A DNA stretch of 64,000 nucleotides from contig CAWKGD010000002.1 in the NCBI GenBank assembly GCA_963849105.1, positions 33,067 through 97,066 on the forward strand, in the 5' to 3' direction. The position numbers and the translations under genes were made by a program. The notes under the pieces are model-generated. The model was not told the origin of the DNA and searched no databases. It saw only the letters and a program-made list of their open reading frames with translations. The stretch's first letter is position 1. Each line of letters opens with the position of its first letter. Of this stretch, positions 27,405 to 39,348 are shown piece by piece. This stretch comes from an uncultured Acidimicrobiaceae bacterium (GTDB taxonomy: Bacteria; Actinomycetota; Acidimicrobiia; Acidimicrobiales; Bog-793).

Positions 27405-28889
27405 TTACTGCGCGCCCGCCGGGCTCGGCACCGCGCCCGGTCCGAGTGCCACCTCGGGAACCGCCCGACGCGGATTGCGGATCGTCGCCAACGCGAGCAG
27501 TCCGCCCGCCGCGCACGCGCCGGCGGCGATCAGCACCGCGTTGCGAAATCCCGAGTTGAACAGCAGCGGCTTCAAGTAGGACCGCCCGCCGATCCCTGCC
27601 GCCGCCGGAAGGACGGCGACGGCGATCAAGCTCGCGGCGCGCGCGACGGCGTTGTTCACGGCCGACGCGACACCCGTGTTCTGGTCCGGCGCCGAGCCGA
27701 GCACGGTCGCGGTCAGCGGAGCGACGGTCAAGCTGAGACCGAAACCGAAGACCAGGATCGCTGGCAGCACGACTCCCAGATAGGTCGCGCTCGGGCCGAT
27801 GCGCGCGAAGAGCGCGAGCCCGCCTCCGGCGACGATCGGACCGAGGCCCATGAAAAAGCGCGGTCCGTAGCGCGAGGAGAGCGCGCCAAATCGCGCTGAA
27901 AGGAAAAAGAGCACCATCGACGCCGGCAGCAGGCCCGCTCCCGCTTCGAGCGGCGTGAAGTGCAGCACTTGTTCGAGCTCGACCGGTGCGAGGAAAAACG
28001 CCCCACCGAACGCGCCGTAGATGAAAAACGTCGCAAGGTTGGCGGCGCTGAACTGTCGCGACGAGAAGATGCGGAGCGGTACGAGCGGATTCGCCGAGCG
28101 GCGCTCGATGAAGATGAACGCCACCAAGACCGCAGCGCCGCCGATGATCGCGACGAGGTCGCTTGGTGACGTCCAGCCGACCGAAGGTCCTTCGATCAAC
28201 CCATAGGTGAGGCCGACGAGCCCGAAGGTCGCGGCCGCTGCTCCGGTGAGGTCGACGCGCCCGGTCTCGAGCGGGTTGCGGGTCTCGGGGACGTGACGCT
28301 GCGCGAGCACGACGACGGCGATGGCGATCGGGGCGTTGATGTAGAAGATCAGCCTCCACGAAACGGCGTCGATCAAGTAGCCGCCGAGGAACGGCCCGAT
28401 CGCCGCCGCGATGACGCCGAGCCCGGACCAGGCGCCGATGGCGCGTGAGCGGTCCTCTTTCACGAAGACGGCTTCGATGATCGCGAGACTTCCCGGCGTC
28501 AACAGCGCACCGCCGACGCCCTGCGCGGCGCGCGCCCCGATCAGCACGCCGGTGTCCGGAGCCACGCCGCAGACCATCGAGGCGACGGCGAACGCGATGA
28601 CGCCGATGACGAAGATCCGTCGGCGTCCGTAGCGGTCACCGAGAGCACCCCCGAGGAGGATCAATCCGGACAGGGTGAGCATGTAGGCGTTGACGAGCCA
28701 CTGGAGATCCGCGACCGAGGCGTGGAAGTCCTTGCCGATCGCGGGCAGTGCGATGCTCACCACGGTGCTGTCGATGAAGGCCATTCCGGAGCCGAGGACG
28801 GTCGCGGCGAGGACGAAGCGTCCCTTCGCCGTCGCGTAGCGGATCGGGTCGAATGCCGCCGTGGCGGCTCCGGACTGCTGAATCGCCAT
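27405..28889 (-). CDS. MFS transporter, DHA2/EmrB-QacA type
   Basis: [49 protein letters not shown]; about 14 TM segments. Confidence 0.92.
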   Translation of the reverse strand: MAIQQSGAATAAFDPIRYATAKGRFVLAATVLGSGMAFIDSTVVSIALPAIGKDFHASVADLQWLVNAYMLTLSGLILLGGALGDRYGRRRIFVIGVIAFAVASMVCGVAPDTGVLIGARAAQGVGGALLTPGSLAIIEAVFVKEDRSRAIGAWSGLGVIAAAIGPFLGGYLIDAVSWRLIFYINAPIAIAVVVLAQRHVPETRNPLETGRVDLTGAAAATFGLVGLTYGLIEGPSVGWTSPSDLVAIIGGAAVLVAFIFIERRSANPLVPLRIFSSRQFSAANLATFFIYGAFGGAFFLAPVELEQVLHFTPLEAGAGLLPASMVLFFLSARFGALSSRYGPRFFMGLGPIVAGGGLALFARIGPSATYLGVVLPAILVFGFGLSLTVAPLTATVLGSAPDQNTGVASAVNNAVARAASLIAVAVLPAAAGIGGRSYLKPLLFNSGFRNAVLIAAGACAAGGLLALATIRNPRRAVPEVALGPGAVPSPAGAQ

Positions 28890-28994
28890 CGCTCGGTCCT
28901 TTCCGAACGCTCCGATGGGGAGAATATTGGCGACCTTTTGGTCCGCGTCGGTTGGTTCACAGAGGGCTCGGCGACGTGGCATTGTGGGAGGCAC

Positions 28995-29020
28995 GTGAAG
29001 CGGGTCCCGCGAGGCCCGCA
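28995..29020 (+). promoter_or_regulatory. PyrR-binding RNA hairpin in the pyr operon leader
   Basis: GCGGG-TCCCGCGAGG-CCCGC matches the PyrR loop consensus UCCNGNGAGG; directly upstream of the pyrR RBS. Confidence 0.75.
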
Positions 29021-29039
29021 CGGACGGAGAGGGAGCACG

Positions 29040-29609
29040 GTGGCGGAGCGTGAGCGGAGGCTGGCCCGCCCGACGGGGCGCGTCTTCGTTCCCCGTGCCT
29101 TCGTGATGGACCCCGAAGATGTCCGCCGTGCCCTGACGCGCATCGCCCACGAGATACTCGAGCGCAACCACGGGACCGACGACCTCGTCGTCATCGGCCT
29201 GCAGACGGGCGGTGTCCCCCTCGCCAAGCGGATCGTCGGCGAGATCGCCCGCATCGACGGGTCGAAAATCCCCTTTGGCACGATCGACGTCGCCTTCTAC
29301 CGCGACGACTTCGGGCTCCGGCCCGTGCTACCGGAGGAGGCGACGGAGATCCCGGTCGACCTCACCGGGCGCGTCGTCGTCTTGGTCGACGACGTCTTGT
29401 TCACCGGCCGCACGGTGAGGGCCGCGCTCGACGCCCTCGCCGACCACGGCCGTGCGCGGACGATCCAACTTGCGGTGATGGTCGACCGCGGACACCGTGA
29501 GCTGCCGATCCGACCGGATTACGTCGGCAAGAACCTGCCGACGAGCCGCAAGGAGATGGTCGACGTCAGCGAAGAGGGCGTCGCGCTCGGCGACTTGATC
29601 GAGGGGTGA
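29040..29609 (+). CDS. pyrR: pyr operon regulator / uracil phosphoribosyltransferase
   Basis: [52 protein letters not shown]. Confidence 0.96.
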   Translation: MAERERRLARPTGRVFVPRAFVMDPEDVRRALTRIAHEILERNHGTDDLVVIGLQTGGVPLAKRIVGEIARIDGSKIPFGTIDVAFYRDDFGLRPVLPEEATEIPVDLTGRVVVLVDDVLFTGRTVRAALDALADHGRARTIQLAVMVDRGHRELPIRPDYVGKNLPTSRKEMVDVSEEGVALGDLIEG

Positions 29610-30634
29610 TCGCCGTGAAGCATCGCCATTTGCTCGGCATCGAGGACCTCGATCGCGCAGAGTTCGTCGAGCTCTTGCAGCTTTCGAGCCGATTCGCCGA
29701 GGTCGCCGCCCGCCCGATACCCCGCGTCCCGGCGCTTCGCGGAAAGACGGTGGCGACGATGTTCTTCGAGAACTCGACCCGCACCCGGCTCTCCTTCGAA
29801 GCGGCCGCGAAGCGCCTCTCCGCGGAGACGATGTCGTTTTCTGTCGGTACGTCCTCGGTCGCAAAGGGGGAGTCGCTGCGCGACACCGTTGAGACGATCG
29901 ACGCGATGGGCGTCGACGCGATGGTGGTGCGTCACCATTCCGCCGGCGCGCCGCACCGCGTCACGTCGTGGGTCGACGCGTCGGTGATCAATGCGGGCGA
30001 CGGCCAGCACGAGCATCCGACTCAGGCGCTCGCCGACTGCTACACGCTCCTCGACGCGCTCGGCGACGGCCGTCTCGCGCGGGGAGATCTCGCCGATCTG
30101 TCGATTGCGATCGTCGGTGACATCCGCCACAGTCGAGTCGCGCGATCGGATGCGATGGCGTTTCGGCTCCTCGGCGCACGCGTCATCTTCGTCGCGCCGA
30201 CGACGCTGCTGCCGCCGTCGCTCGAGGGTTTCGACGTCGATATCGAGCACGAGCTAGATCCGATCATCGGTGACCTGGACGTCGTCTACGCGCTGCGGCT
30301 GCAGACCGAACGGATGACCGAGTCGTACATCCCCTCGATGCGTGAGTACGCGACGCGCTACGGGCTCAATGCCGATCGAGCACGTCGCATGCGCAAAGGG
30401 TCCTTCATCATGCACCCCGGTCCGATGAACCGCGGCGTCGAGATCGAAGCCGAGGTGGCTTCAGCCGAGAATGCGCTCGTCACGCGCCAGGTGACGAGTG
30501 GTGTGGCAGTCCGCATGGCGGTGCTGTTCGCACTGTTGGCATCGCCGGGCGCGATCGACGCCGCGACACCGGACTTTGGTGAACAGGGCGCCGAAATCGA
30601 GGAGATCGAGCGCTCCGGACGGCGAAGTGCCTGA
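29606..30634 (+). CDS. pyrB: aspartate carbamoyltransferase catalytic subunit
   Basis: [48 protein letters not shown]. Confidence 0.97.
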   Translation: MIAVKHRHLLGIEDLDRAEFVELLQLSSRFAEVAARPIPRVPALRGKTVATMFFENSTRTRLSFEAAAKRLSAETMSFSVGTSSVAKGESLRDTVETIDAMGVDAMVVRHHSAGAPHRVTSWVDASVINAGDGQHEHPTQALADCYTLLDALGDGRLARGDLADLSIAIVGDIRHSRVARSDAMAFRLLGARVIFVAPTTLLPPSLEGFDVDIEHELDPIIGDLDVVYALRLQTERMTESYIPSMREYATRYGLNADRARRMRKGSFIMHPGPMNRGVEIEAEVASAENALVTRQVTSGVAVRMAVLFALLASPGAIDAATPDFGEQGAEIEEIERSGRRSA

Positions 30635-31964
30635 CTCCCGGGCCGCGAGCTCGAGACGCCGGGTCGTCATCCGGGGCGGGACGCTCGTCGACGAGACGGG
30701 CGAGCGCCGCGGCGACGTCGCTATCGAAGGCGGTCGCATCGTCGAGGTCGCGACCTCGATCGAGCCGCCGAAGGGCGCGATGGTGCTCGACGCCGAGGGT
30801 TGCCTCGTTTCGCCGGGCCTCGTCGATCTGCACACGCACCTTCGCGAGCCGGGTGGCGAAACCGCAGAGACCATCGAGTCCGGCACGCGAGCAGCGGCGT
30901 TCGGCGGATACACGGCGGTCGTCGCGATGGCCAACACCGATCCGCCGATCGACTCCGCCGCCGTCGCCCGCGATGTCCTGTCACTCGCCGCGGACGCGAG
31001 CTGCCAGGTCGCCGTCGCCGGTGCGATCACCGTCGGACGCAACGGCGAGCGGCTTGCTCCGCTCGCCGAAATGGCCGCGCTCGGAGTGCGGATGTTCTCC
31101 GACGACGGGCGCGGAGTGCAGGACGCGGGTGTGATGCGGCGCGCCCTCGAGTACGCCTCCGACCTCGGCGTGGTCGTCGCGCAGCACTGTGAGGACGAGT
31201 CGCTCTCCAAGGGTGGCCACATGCACGAGGGCGCGATTTCTTCGCGCCTCGGCATCCCCGCCCAGCCGGCGTACGCAGAAGAACAGATGGTTTTGCGCGA
31301 CATCGAACTCGCGCAGCTGACCGGCGCGAGGGTCCACTTCTGCCACCTCTCGACGCGGCGATCCGTCGATCTCGTCGCTGCGGCGAAAAAGGTTCGGGCC
31401 GCAGTGACGTGCGAGGTGACGCCGCACCACCTGTCGCTCACCCATGCCGCGGTCGAGTCGTTCGACCCGAGGTTCAAGGTCAATCCGCCGCTGCGCACCG
31501 ACGACGACATGGAGGAACTGCGAGCCGCGTGCGCGGATGGGCGCGTCGACGCGATCGCGACCGACCACGCGCCGCATTCCGACGCGGCGAAGGAAGCGAC
31601 CTTCGACGAGGCACCGTTTGGAATGATCGGACTCGAAACGGCGTATGCCGTTGCGTACTCGGTGCTCGTCGCGGATCGGGCCAACGACACGACGCCGATC
31701 GAGCGCTTGGTCGGGTTGCTCTCGTCGCGCCCGGCGCGCATCGCCGGATTGCACGCCTCCTCGGGACAGGGCGGGTCGATCGCGCACGGTGCTGTTGCGC
31801 ATCTGTGCGTCTTCGATCCGACCGAGCACTGGGTCGTCGACCCGCAGAACTTCGCGAGCCGCTCGCACAATTCGCCATTCGCCGGCAACACGCTGACCGG
31901 GCGCGTCCGCCACACGATTTATCGCGGCGAACCGGTCGTTGTCGACGGACAGGCGACCCGATGA
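30627..31964 (+). CDS. pyrC: dihydroorotase
   Basis: PGLVDLHTHLREPG, FSDDG, QHCED, EVTPHHL, KVNPPLR, ATDHAPH. Confidence 0.96.
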   Translation: MPDSRAASSRRRVVIRGGTLVDETGERRGDVAIEGGRIVEVATSIEPPKGAMVLDAEGCLVSPGLVDLHTHLREPGGETAETIESGTRAAAFGGYTAVVAMANTDPPIDSAAVARDVLSLAADASCQVAVAGAITVGRNGERLAPLAEMAALGVRMFSDDGRGVQDAGVMRRALEYASDLGVVVAQHCEDESLSKGGHMHEGAISSRLGIPAQPAYAEEQMVLRDIELAQLTGARVHFCHLSTRRSVDLVAAAKKVRAAVTCEVTPHHLSLTHAAVESFDPRFKVNPPLRTDDDMEELRAACADGRVDAIATDHAPHSDAAKEATFDEAPFGMIGLETAYAVAYSVLVADRANDTTPIERLVGLLSSRPARIAGLHASSGQGGSIAHGAVAHLCVFDPTEHWVVDPQNFASRSHNSPFAGNTLTGRVRHTIYRGEPVVVDGQATR

Positions 31965-33070
31965 GCCCACGCACCAAGCGCACTCCCGCCCACCTCGTTC
32001 TGGCGGACTCCGCGGTCTTCGAAGGCGAGGCGATCGGTGCTCGGGCGACCGACGGCGCCTCGGTGTTTTCCGGAGAGGTTGTCTTCAACACCGCGCTCAC
32101 CGGCTACCAGGAGATCCTCACCGACCCTTCCTACGCCGGACAGGTGATCGCGTTCACCTACCCGCACATCGGCAACTACGGGGTGACGGGGCGGGACGAC
32201 GAGGCGGCGCGCCCGTACTGTCGCGGTGTCGTCGTGCGCGACCTCGCGCCGCGGCCGTCGAACTGGCGTTCAGAGCGCGACCTCGACCACTTCCTCTCCT
32301 CCCACGGCATCGGCGGCATCTCCGGGGTCGACACGCGCCGTCTGACCCGGCACATCCGTGAAGCGGGCGCGATGCCGTGCGCGTTCGGGACCGCCTCCTT
32401 GGAGGATCTCCACGCCGCGGCACGATCGGAGCCCGGGACACTCGGCCAGGACCTCGTCAAGCAGGTAACGACGGACGAGGCGTACAGGATCGACGGCGGG
32501 CCGTACCGCGTCGTCGCCTACGACTACGGGATCAAGCGCTCGATCCTCGACCAACTGAAACAGTTCTCCGCCGTCGACGTCGTCCCGGCGACGACCCCGG
32601 CGACAGAGGTGCTCGCCCGTCGTCCGGACGGGGTTTTCTTGTCGAACGGTCCGGGCGATCCCGCCGCGCTCAGCCACCTCACCAACGAGGTGCGCACGCT
32701 GATCGGAGCGGTGCCGCTGTTCGGTGTCTGCCTCGGCCACCAGCTCTATGCGAGCGCGCTCGGTGGGCGGACCTACAAGCTCGCCTTCGGTCACCACGGC
32801 GCGAACCACCCGGTGCGGCGCGTCGCGACCGGGACCGTCGAGATCGCCTGCGAGAACCACGGCTACGCCGTCGAACAAGGAAGCGTCAAGGATGCCGCCG
32901 TGACGCACGTCAACTTGAACGACGACGTGGTCGAAGGGATCGCCACACCATCGGCGCGCGCTTTCAGCGTTCAGTACCACCCCGAAGCCGGTCCCGGACC
33001 GCACGACGGCCGCTATTTGTTCACCGAGTTCCGCCGGCTGATGGATGCGGCGAAGGGATCCGCCGCCTGA
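31961..33070 (+). CDS. carA: carbamoyl-phosphate synthase small subunit
   Basis: [44 protein letters not shown]. Confidence 0.96.
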   Translation: MSPRTKRTPAHLVLADSAVFEGEAIGARATDGASVFSGEVVFNTALTGYQEILTDPSYAGQVIAFTYPHIGNYGVTGRDDEAARPYCRGVVVRDLAPRPSNWRSERDLDHFLSSHGIGGISGVDTRRLTRHIREAGAMPCAFGTASLEDLHAAARSEPGTLGQDLVKQVTTDEAYRIDGGPYRVVAYDYGIKRSILDQLKQFSAVDVVPATTPATEVLARRPDGVFLSNGPGDPAALSHLTNEVRTLIGAVPLFGVCLGHQLYASALGGRTYKLAFGHHGANHPVRRVATGTVEIACENHGYAVEQGSVKDAAVTHVNLNDDVVEGIATPSARAFSVQYHPEAGPGPHDGRYLFTEFRRLMDAAKGSAA

Positions 33071-36000
33071 TGGGAAGACGGACCGATCTCGACTCGGTGC
33101 TCGTCATCGGGTCGGGGCCGATCGTGATCGGGCAGGCGTGCGAGTTCGACTACTCGGGCACCCAGGCCTGCCGCGCGCTGAGAGACGAGGGACTGAGAGT
33201 CATCCTCGTCAACTCCAACCCGGCGACGATCATGACCGACCCCGACGTCGCCCACCGCACCTACGTCGAACCGTTGGTGCCGGAGGTGATCGCGGCGGTC
33301 CTCGAGCGCGAACGCCCTCAAGCGCTCTTGCCGACGATGGGCGGCCAGACGGCGCTCAACCTGGCGATGGCGCTCTCGCGCTCTGGGGTCCTCGCCGATC
33401 TCGGCGTCGAGCTGATCGGCGCTAACGCGGAGGCGATCGCGACAGCCGAGGACCGAGAGATGTTCAAGGAGGCGATGACCGAGATCGGGCTCGAGGTGAC
33501 GGCATCGGGGTTCGCGCACAGCATCGAGGAGGCGCTCGCCGTCGCCGACGAGATCGGCTACCCGGCGATGGTGCGCCCGTCGTTCATCCTGGGCGGGGGA
33601 GGGACCGGCATCGCGCGATCCCGTGACGACCTCGCCGAGATCGCGCGGCTCGGCATCGGGGCGAGCCCGATCGGCGAGATCCTCGTCGAGCGGTCGATCG
33701 CCGGCTGGAAGGAGTACGAGCTAGAGGTGATGCGCGACCGTCTCGACAACTGCGTCGTCATCTGCTCGATCGAGAACGTCGACCCGATGGGGGTGCACAC
33801 CGGTGACTCGATCACCGTCGCCCCCGCGCAGACGCTTTCCGACGTCGAGTACCAGAACATGCGCGACGACGCGTTCGCCTGCATCCGGCGCGTCGGTGTC
33901 GAAACGGGTGGATCGAACATTCAGTTCGCCGTCGATCCGCGAACCGGTCACCAGCTCGTCATCGAGATGAACCCACGCGTCTCGCGCTCTTCCGCGCTGG
34001 CGTCGAAGGCGACCGGCTTTCCGATCGCGAAGATCGCGGCGCGGCTCGCGATCGGCTACACGCTCGACGAGATCGAGAACGAGATCACCCGCGCCACGCC
34101 GGCGAGCTTCGAGCCGACGATCGACTATGTCGTCACGAAGGTGCCGCGTTGGGCCTTCGAGAAGCTGCCCGGCGTCCCGGACCGTCTCGGCACACGCATG
34201 CAATCGGTCGGCGAGGTGATGGCGATCGGCAGGACTTTTCCCGAGTCGTTCCAAAAAGCGCTGCGCGGTCTCGAGCAGGGTCGCTTCGGGCTGAACTGCG
34301 ACCCGGGCGAGGTGGCCCTCGACGCGCTGCGGGTCGAGGATCTGCTCGAGCGCGCCTCCCTGCCGAGTCCGCTGCGCCCCTTCGAAGTGGAAGCGGCGCT
34401 GCGCCGCGGTGCGAGCATCGACGAGGTCGCGCGGGCGACCGGGATCGACCCATGGTTCTTGGATCAGATCGTCGCGATCTTCGATGCGCGGGCGGTGTTG
34501 GACGAAGCAGCCGACGCCTCACAGCCGCTCGCCGCGCTCGATCGCGCCGACTGGCGCTACTTGAAGCGTCTCGGGTTCTCCGACGCGCAGATCGCGTGGC
34601 GCCTCGGCGTACCCGAGGACGCGGCGCGCGCGGCGCGCCTTTCTGCCGGGGTCCCAGCGACCTTCAAGACCGTCGACACCTGCGGCGCCGAGTTCGAGGC
34701 GGAGACGCCCTACTACTACTCGACCTTCGAGGACGAAGATGAGGTTCGCCCGGCAGAAAAGCCCCGCGTCGTGATCCTCGGGTCGGGTCCGAATCGCATC
34801 GGCCAGGGAATCGAGTTCGATTACTGCTGCGTGCACGCCAGCCTTGCGTTGCGCGATGCCGGGTACGAGACGGTGATGGTGAACTGCAATCCCGAGACCG
34901 TCTCGACCGATCACGACACGTCCGATCGCCTCTACTTCGAGCCGATCACCGAAGAAGACGTGTGCGCGGTGATCGAGGCGGAGAACGCCGCCGGTGCGGG
35001 TGGCGTCGTCGGCGTGATCGTGAGCCTCGGCGGCCAGACGCCCTTGAAGCTCGCCGACGTGTTGCCGGAGGACCTCGTTCTCGGGACGCCGCCGCCGTCG
35101 ATCGATCTCGCCGAGGACCGGGAGCGCTTTGGCGCGTTGTTGCGTTCGCTCGAGATCGCGCAACCCGAGGGCGGCACGGCTCGCACGACCGATGAGGCAT
35201 ACGAGATCGCAAGGCGCGTCGGCTACCCGGTTCTCGTCCGGCCGAGCTACGTGCTCGGCGGACGGGCGATGGAGATCGTTTACGACGACGCGGGTTTGAA
35301 GGACGCGATGGCGGCGCTCATGCAGACCGGATCGCTCGGGAAAGAGGGCGGGCTTTCCGCGACCCGACCGGTGCTTATCGACAGCTTTTTGGAGGACGCG
35401 ACTGAGGTCGACGTCGATGCGGTGCGCGACCGCTCGGGCGAGGTGCTCATCTGCGGAGTGCTGGAGCACGTCGAAGAGGCCGGGGTGCACTCGGGGGACT
35501 CGGCGTGCGCGATCCCACCGCCGTCGCTCGCCGGAGAGATCATCGACCAGCTCGTCGAACAGACGACGAAGATCGCCGACGCGCTGAAAGTCGTCGGCCC
35601 GATCAACATCCAGTTCGCGGTGAAACAGGACGACGTCTACGTGATCGAGGCCAACCCGCGTGCTTCGCGCACCGTGCCGTTCGTCGCGAAGGCAACAGGG
35701 CGGCCTGTGGCGAAGATCGCCGCGCGGGTGATCGTCGGGGCGACTCTCGAAGAGCTGCGCGGAGAAGGACTTCTCAACGGGGGTGACCCGACGGAGATGG
35801 CGCGGGTCTGTGTGAAAGAGGCCGTGCTGCCCTTCGACCGCTTCCCCGAGGTCGACGCGCTCTTGGGACCGGAGATGCGCTCGACAGGGGAGGTGATGGG
35901 CACCGCGACGACCTTCGGTCTCGCGTTTGCGAAGGCCCAGACGGCGGCCGGAAACCGTCTGCCGTACTCCGGCGAGCTCTTCTTCTCGCTCGCCGATCGG

Positions 36001-36393
36001 GACAAACCCGCCGGCGTCGACGTGGCGCGGGAGTTCTCCCGTCTCGGCTTCCTCATCGCGGCGACCGAGGGGACCGCCGCCCACCTCCAATCGGCGGGGA
36101 TCCCGATCCACCGTCTCGTCGCAAAGGTCGGATTCGAATCGGCGCGCGCGGGAGAACTCGCCGACGCGGTCGAGCTCATCTCCTCGGGCGCGATCGCGTT
36201 CGTCGTGAACACGCCGCGCGGTCGCGGGGCTCGTGCCGATGGCGCCTATATCCGACGCGCCGCGTCGGCGAACGGCGTTCCGATCGTGACGACCACGCGA
36301 GCTGCGCTCGCCGCAGCGCGCGGCATCGCTGAGTCGCGGGATTCTGGGGTGAGCGTCGAGAGCCTGCAAGAGCTGCACGCCACCGCGCGATGA
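33070..36393 (+). CDS. carB: carbamoyl-phosphate synthase large subunit
   Basis: [44 protein letters not shown]; duplicated halves; MGS domain. Confidence 0.98.
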   Translation: MGRRTDLDSVLVIGSGPIVIGQACEFDYSGTQACRALRDEGLRVILVNSNPATIMTDPDVAHRTYVEPLVPEVIAAVLERERPQALLPTMGGQTALNLAMALSRSGVLADLGVELIGANAEAIATAEDREMFKEAMTEIGLEVTASGFAHSIEEALAVADEIGYPAMVRPSFILGGGGTGIARSRDDLAEIARLGIGASPIGEILVERSIAGWKEYELEVMRDRLDNCVVICSIENVDPMGVHTGDSITVAPAQTLSDVEYQNMRDDAFACIRRVGVETGGSNIQFAVDPRTGHQLVIEMNPRVSRSSALASKATGFPIAKIAARLAIGYTLDEIENEITRATPASFEPTIDYVVTKVPRWAFEKLPGVPDRLGTRMQSVGEVMAIGRTFPESFQKALRGLEQGRFGLNCDPGEVALDALRVEDLLERASLPSPLRPFEVEAALRRGASIDEVARATGIDPWFLDQIVAIFDARAVLDEAADASQPLAALDRADWRYLKRLGFSDAQIAWRLGVPEDAARAARLSAGVPATFKTVDTCGAEFEAETPYYYSTFEDEDEVRPAEKPRVVILGSGPNRIGQGIEFDYCCVHASLALRDAGYETVMVNCNPETVSTDHDTSDRLYFEPITEEDVCAVIEAENAAGAGGVVGVIVSLGGQTPLKLADVLPEDLVLGTPPPSIDLAEDRERFGALLRSLEIAQPEGGTARTTDEAYEIARRVGYPVLVRPSYVLGGRAMEIVYDDAGLKDAMAALMQTGSLGKEGGLSATRPVLIDSFLEDATEVDVDAVRDRSGEVLICGVLEHVEEAGVHSGDSACAIPPPSLAGEIIDQLVEQTTKIADALKVVGPINIQFAVKQDDVYVIEANPRASRTVPFVAKATGRPVAKIAARVIVGATLEELRGEGLLNGGDPTEMARVCVKEAVLPFDRFPEVDALLGPEMRSTGEVMGTATTFGLAFAKAQTAAGNRLPYSGELFFSLADRDKPAGVDVAREFSRLGFLIAATEGTAAHLQSAGIPIHRLVAKVGFESARAGELADAVELISSGAIAFVVNTPRGRGARADGAYIRRAASANGVPIVTTTRAALAAARGIAESRDSGVSVESLQELHATAR

Positions 36394-37292
36394 GCACGAC
36401 ACGAGCATCCGAACTCGAGACGCGCATCGGTTCCGTCGTCCTTCCGAACCCCGTGCTCACCGCCAGCGGAACCTCGGGTCACGGCGCCGAGCTCGGCGCG
36501 TACTTCGATCTGTCGCGACTCGGCGCGATCGTCGTGAAATCGCTCGCCGCGTTCTCGTGGCCCGGTAACCCGGCGCCGCGCCTGCGACCGGTCGAAGACG
36601 GGATGCTGAACAGCGTCGGTCTGCAGGGCCCGGGAGTGGCGGGCTGGCTGCGCCGCGATCTCCCCGGTCTCTTGCGCGCACGGGCGCGCGTCGTCGCGAG
36701 CATCTGGGGCCGGACGGTGGGCGAGTTCGCCGAAGCGGCGCGCCAACTTGCCGACGCGCCCGCGGAGGTCGTGGCGGTCGAGGTCAACGTCTCGTGTCCG
36801 AACCTCGACGACGGCGAGGCGATGTTCGCCGAAACGGCGTCGGCGACCGCGGCGGCAGTCGAAGCGGCGCGCGCTGCCGATCGTCCGTGCTGGGCGAAGC
36901 TGTCGCCGGCCGCCACCGACCTCGTTCTCGTCGCCAAAGCGGCAGTCGGAGCGGGCGCCGAAGCGCTCGTGTTGGTCAACACCCTTCCCGCCCGTATCTG
37001 GAAACCCGACTTCGAGGCGGCGCTCGGCTCGGGATCGGGCGGACTGTCCGGTCCGTTGCTGCGGCCGGTCGCGTTGCGGGCGGTGCAGGCGATCGCCGAG
37101 AACATCCCCGGTTTTCCGATCATCGGTGTCGGCGGGATCCAGACCGGTGCCGACGCGCTCGAGTTCCTCGCCGCCGGTGCGGTGGCGATCGAAGTGGGAA
37201 CCGCGACACTCGTCGAGCCCCGCGCGCCGATGCGCGTGCTCGACGAGCTCGGCGCCCTGCTGCGCGCCCCGGGTACGACCGCGTCGATCTGA
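36390..37292 (+). CDS. pyrD: dihydroorotate dehydrogenase (family 1)
   Basis: [46 protein letters not shown]. Confidence 0.94.
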   Translation: MSTTRASELETRIGSVVLPNPVLTASGTSGHGAELGAYFDLSRLGAIVVKSLAAFSWPGNPAPRLRPVEDGMLNSVGLQGPGVAGWLRRDLPGLLRARARVVASIWGRTVGEFAEAARQLADAPAEVVAVEVNVSCPNLDDGEAMFAETASATAAAVEAARAADRPCWAKLSPAATDLVLVAKAAVGAGAEALVLVNTLPARIWKPDFEAALGSGSGGLSGPLLRPVALRAVQAIAENIPGFPIIGVGGIQTGADALEFLAAGAVAIEVGTATLVEPRAPMRVLDELGALLRAPGTTASI

Positions 37293-37304
37293 GGAGGACG
37301 ACCA

Positions 37305-38012
37305 GTGGTTGACGACACCGCAATGTCGCCCGCACGCGATCGCCTCGTCCTCGCCCTCGACACCAACTCGCTCGAAGAGGCGCGCCAGCTCGCGCATTTG
37401 CTGAAGCCGTGGTTCAAGACGGTGAAGGTCGGACTGCAGCTCTTTTCTGCAGTCGGACCCGACGCGGTGCGGGGTCTTCGTGAGGACGGCTTCGAGGTCT
37501 TCGTCGATTTGAAGCTCTACGACATCCCCCAAACCGTGCGCCGCGCCGCGGCGGCGATCGCCGCTCTCGGCGCCGCCTACACGACGGTGCACGCGACGGG
37601 TGGCCCCGCGATGCTCGAAGCGGCGGCAGCGGGCCTCGCCGAAGGGGCGGCGCAACGGTCGTCGGGCGCACCGACGGTCGGTCTCGCCGTCACGGCGCTG
37701 ACGAGCGAGTTCCCGGCGGCGTCGCTCGTCGAAGAACGCACCGGTTACGCGAAGAAGGCCGGCTTCGTCGGCGTCGTCTGCGCGGTCGGCGACCTCGCCA
37801 CGGTGCGCGCCAGCGCGTCCGGGCTGCTCACCGTGGTTCCCGGCATCCGCTTCGAGCCCGTCGACGGCGAAGACCAGCGTCGGACGGGTACGCCGGACGA
37901 GGCCGTCGCGGCCGGTGCTGACCTGCTCGTCGTCGGCCGACCCGTGACGGGAGCCCCCGATCCGGTCGCCGCGTCCCGGCAGGTGGCAGAGGCCGTCGAG
38001 CAGGTGGGATGA
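37305..38012 (+). CDS. pyrF: orotidine-5'-phosphate decarboxylase
   Basis: LALD, KVGLQL, DLKLYDIPQTV, VPGIR, DQRR..TP, VVGRPVT; GAGGAGG RBS. Confidence 0.96.
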   Translation: MVDDTAMSPARDRLVLALDTNSLEEARQLAHLLKPWFKTVKVGLQLFSAVGPDAVRGLREDGFEVFVDLKLYDIPQTVRRAAAAIAALGAAYTTVHATGGPAMLEAAAAGLAEGAAQRSSGAPTVGLAVTALTSEFPAASLVEERTGYAKKAGFVGVVCAVGDLATVRASASGLLTVVPGIRFEPVDGEDQRRTGTPDEAVAAGADLLVVGRPVTGAPDPVAASRQVAEAVEQVG

Positions 38013-38058
38013 ATGGAAATGCTGGTCAGCGGGGGCACCCCGCGCTAGCGTGCTCGAC

Positions 38059-38379
38059 ATGCCCCAACCTCCCATGCTGACACCGGAACAGCGCGCGAAC
38101 GCCCTCGCCAAGGCGGCGCAAGCACGCAAAGCCCGGGCGGAGATCAAGGACCAGCTGAAGAACGGCCACGTCACCTTGAAGGGACTTCTCGGCCGGGCAG
38201 AGACGGACGACATCGTCGGCAAGATGAAGGTGCTCGCCGTCTTGGAAGCCCTGCCAGGGACCGGCAAGGTGAAGGCCCGCCGGCTGATGGAACAGGTCGG
38301 CATCAGCGAAACCCGACGTCTACAGGGCCTCGGCGCGAAACAGCGTGACGCGCTGCTGGAGGCTGTCGGCCGTCCCTGA
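38059..38379 (+). CDS. mihF: integration host factor, actinobacterial type
   Basis: LTPEQRANALAKAAQARKARAEIK, LEALPGTGKVKA, RRLQGLG; TAGCGT 7 nt before the ATG. Confidence 0.94.
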   Translation: MPQPPMLTPEQRANALAKAAQARKARAEIKDQLKNGHVTLKGLLGRAETDDIVGKMKVLAVLEALPGTGKVKARRLMEQVGISETRRLQGLGAKQRDALLEAVGRP

Positions 38380-38933
38380 TTCTCACGGTTTCCGGCCCCG
38401 GAGGGGTCGGTAAGGGAACAGTCGTCCGCGAGCTCGTCGCTCGCGACCCCAACCTCGTCTTGTCGCGGTCGTGGACGACCCGGCCACGCCGTCCGGGGGA
38501 GGTCGCCGACGCCTACGTGTTCGTGGACCGCCCGACGTTCGAAAGGCGCATCGCGGCAGCCGGATTCCTCGAGTACGCCCAGATCCTCGACGAGTGCTAT
38601 GGCACGCCGATGCCTGATCCCGACGACCCCCGCGACCTCGTCTTGGAGATCGACGTGCAGGGCGCCCAGCAGGTGAAAAAGGCGCGCGACAACGTCGTCT
38701 GTGTCCTGCTGGTCGCCCCCTCGGACGAGGAGCAGGTGGCTCGGCTGCGGGCCCGCGGCGACTCGGAGGAGGCGATCCGCGCCCGGCTCGAGCTCTCCCG
38801 TCACGAGGTCGAGGTCGGCAGGCGATTCTGCGATGTGGAGGTCGTAAACGACGACGTCAATCGGGCTGTCGAGGAGATCGCCGGTATAGTGGCGATCGCG
38901 CGACGCCGCGAAAGCGCGCCGCCGACCGCCTGA
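38376..38933 (+). CDS. gmk: guanylate kinase (probable non-canonical CTG/ATT start)
   Basis: ILTVSGPGGVGKGT P-loop lies upstream of the first canonical start (TTG 38460); SWTTRPRRPGE, LEIDVQGA, VVNDD. Confidence 0.9.
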   Translation: MILTVSGPGGVGKGTVVRELVARDPNLVLSRSWTTRPRRPGEVADAYVFVDRPTFERRIAAAGFLEYAQILDECYGTPMPDPDDPRDLVLEIDVQGAQQVKKARDNVVCVLLVAPSDEEQVARLRARGDSEEAIRARLELSRHEVEVGRRFCDVEVVNDDVNRAVEEIAGIVAIARRRESAPPTA

Positions 38934-39004
38934 ACCATGAGGACGCGATGCTCGCTCTGTGGCGTCGGTCGAGCGCGTCCTTGACACAGTGGACTGAGGG
39001 AGCG

Positions 39005-39325
39005 ATGGCCGAACCCCGCAACACGATGATGGACCCCGAGATCGAGGACCTCCTCGACAAGGTCGATTCGAAGTTCACCCTGGTGACCCTGTCGGCAAAG
39101 CGCGGCCGCCAGATCAACTCGTACTTCAACCAGCTCGGCGAGGGCCTCGGCGCGATCGTGCCGCCGCAAGTGACCTCCGTCGCCCGTAAGCCGCTCTCGA
39201 TCGCCCTCGAAGAGATCGCCGCTGACAAGGTGCGCGCCGGGGAGCCGGTCCCCGAACCGGAGACGCCCGAACTCGTCGAGGCCGAGAACGTCCTCGAAGG
39301 CGACGACGGGCTCGAGAGCTCCTAG
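39005..39325 (+). CDS. rpoZ: RNA polymerase omega subunit
   Basis: P.IEDLLDKVDSKFTLV..AKRGRQIN.Y, KPLSIALEEI. Confidence 0.95.
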   Translation: MAEPRNTMMDPEIEDLLDKVDSKFTLVTLSAKRGRQINSYFNQLGEGLGAIVPPQVTSVARKPLSIALEEIAADKVRAGEPVPEPETPELVEAENVLEGDDGLESS

Positions 39326-39348
39326 ACCGCCGTCCGGTCGGCCCGCCG

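Noticed and set aside
36246-38987. 913-aa minus-strand ORF, and similar long antisense ORFs (1962-3656, 34519-36408, 41228-43147, 62282-63943)
   Set aside because: They mirror well-supported genes on the other strand; stop-poor antisense frames are expected at this GC content; no motifs.
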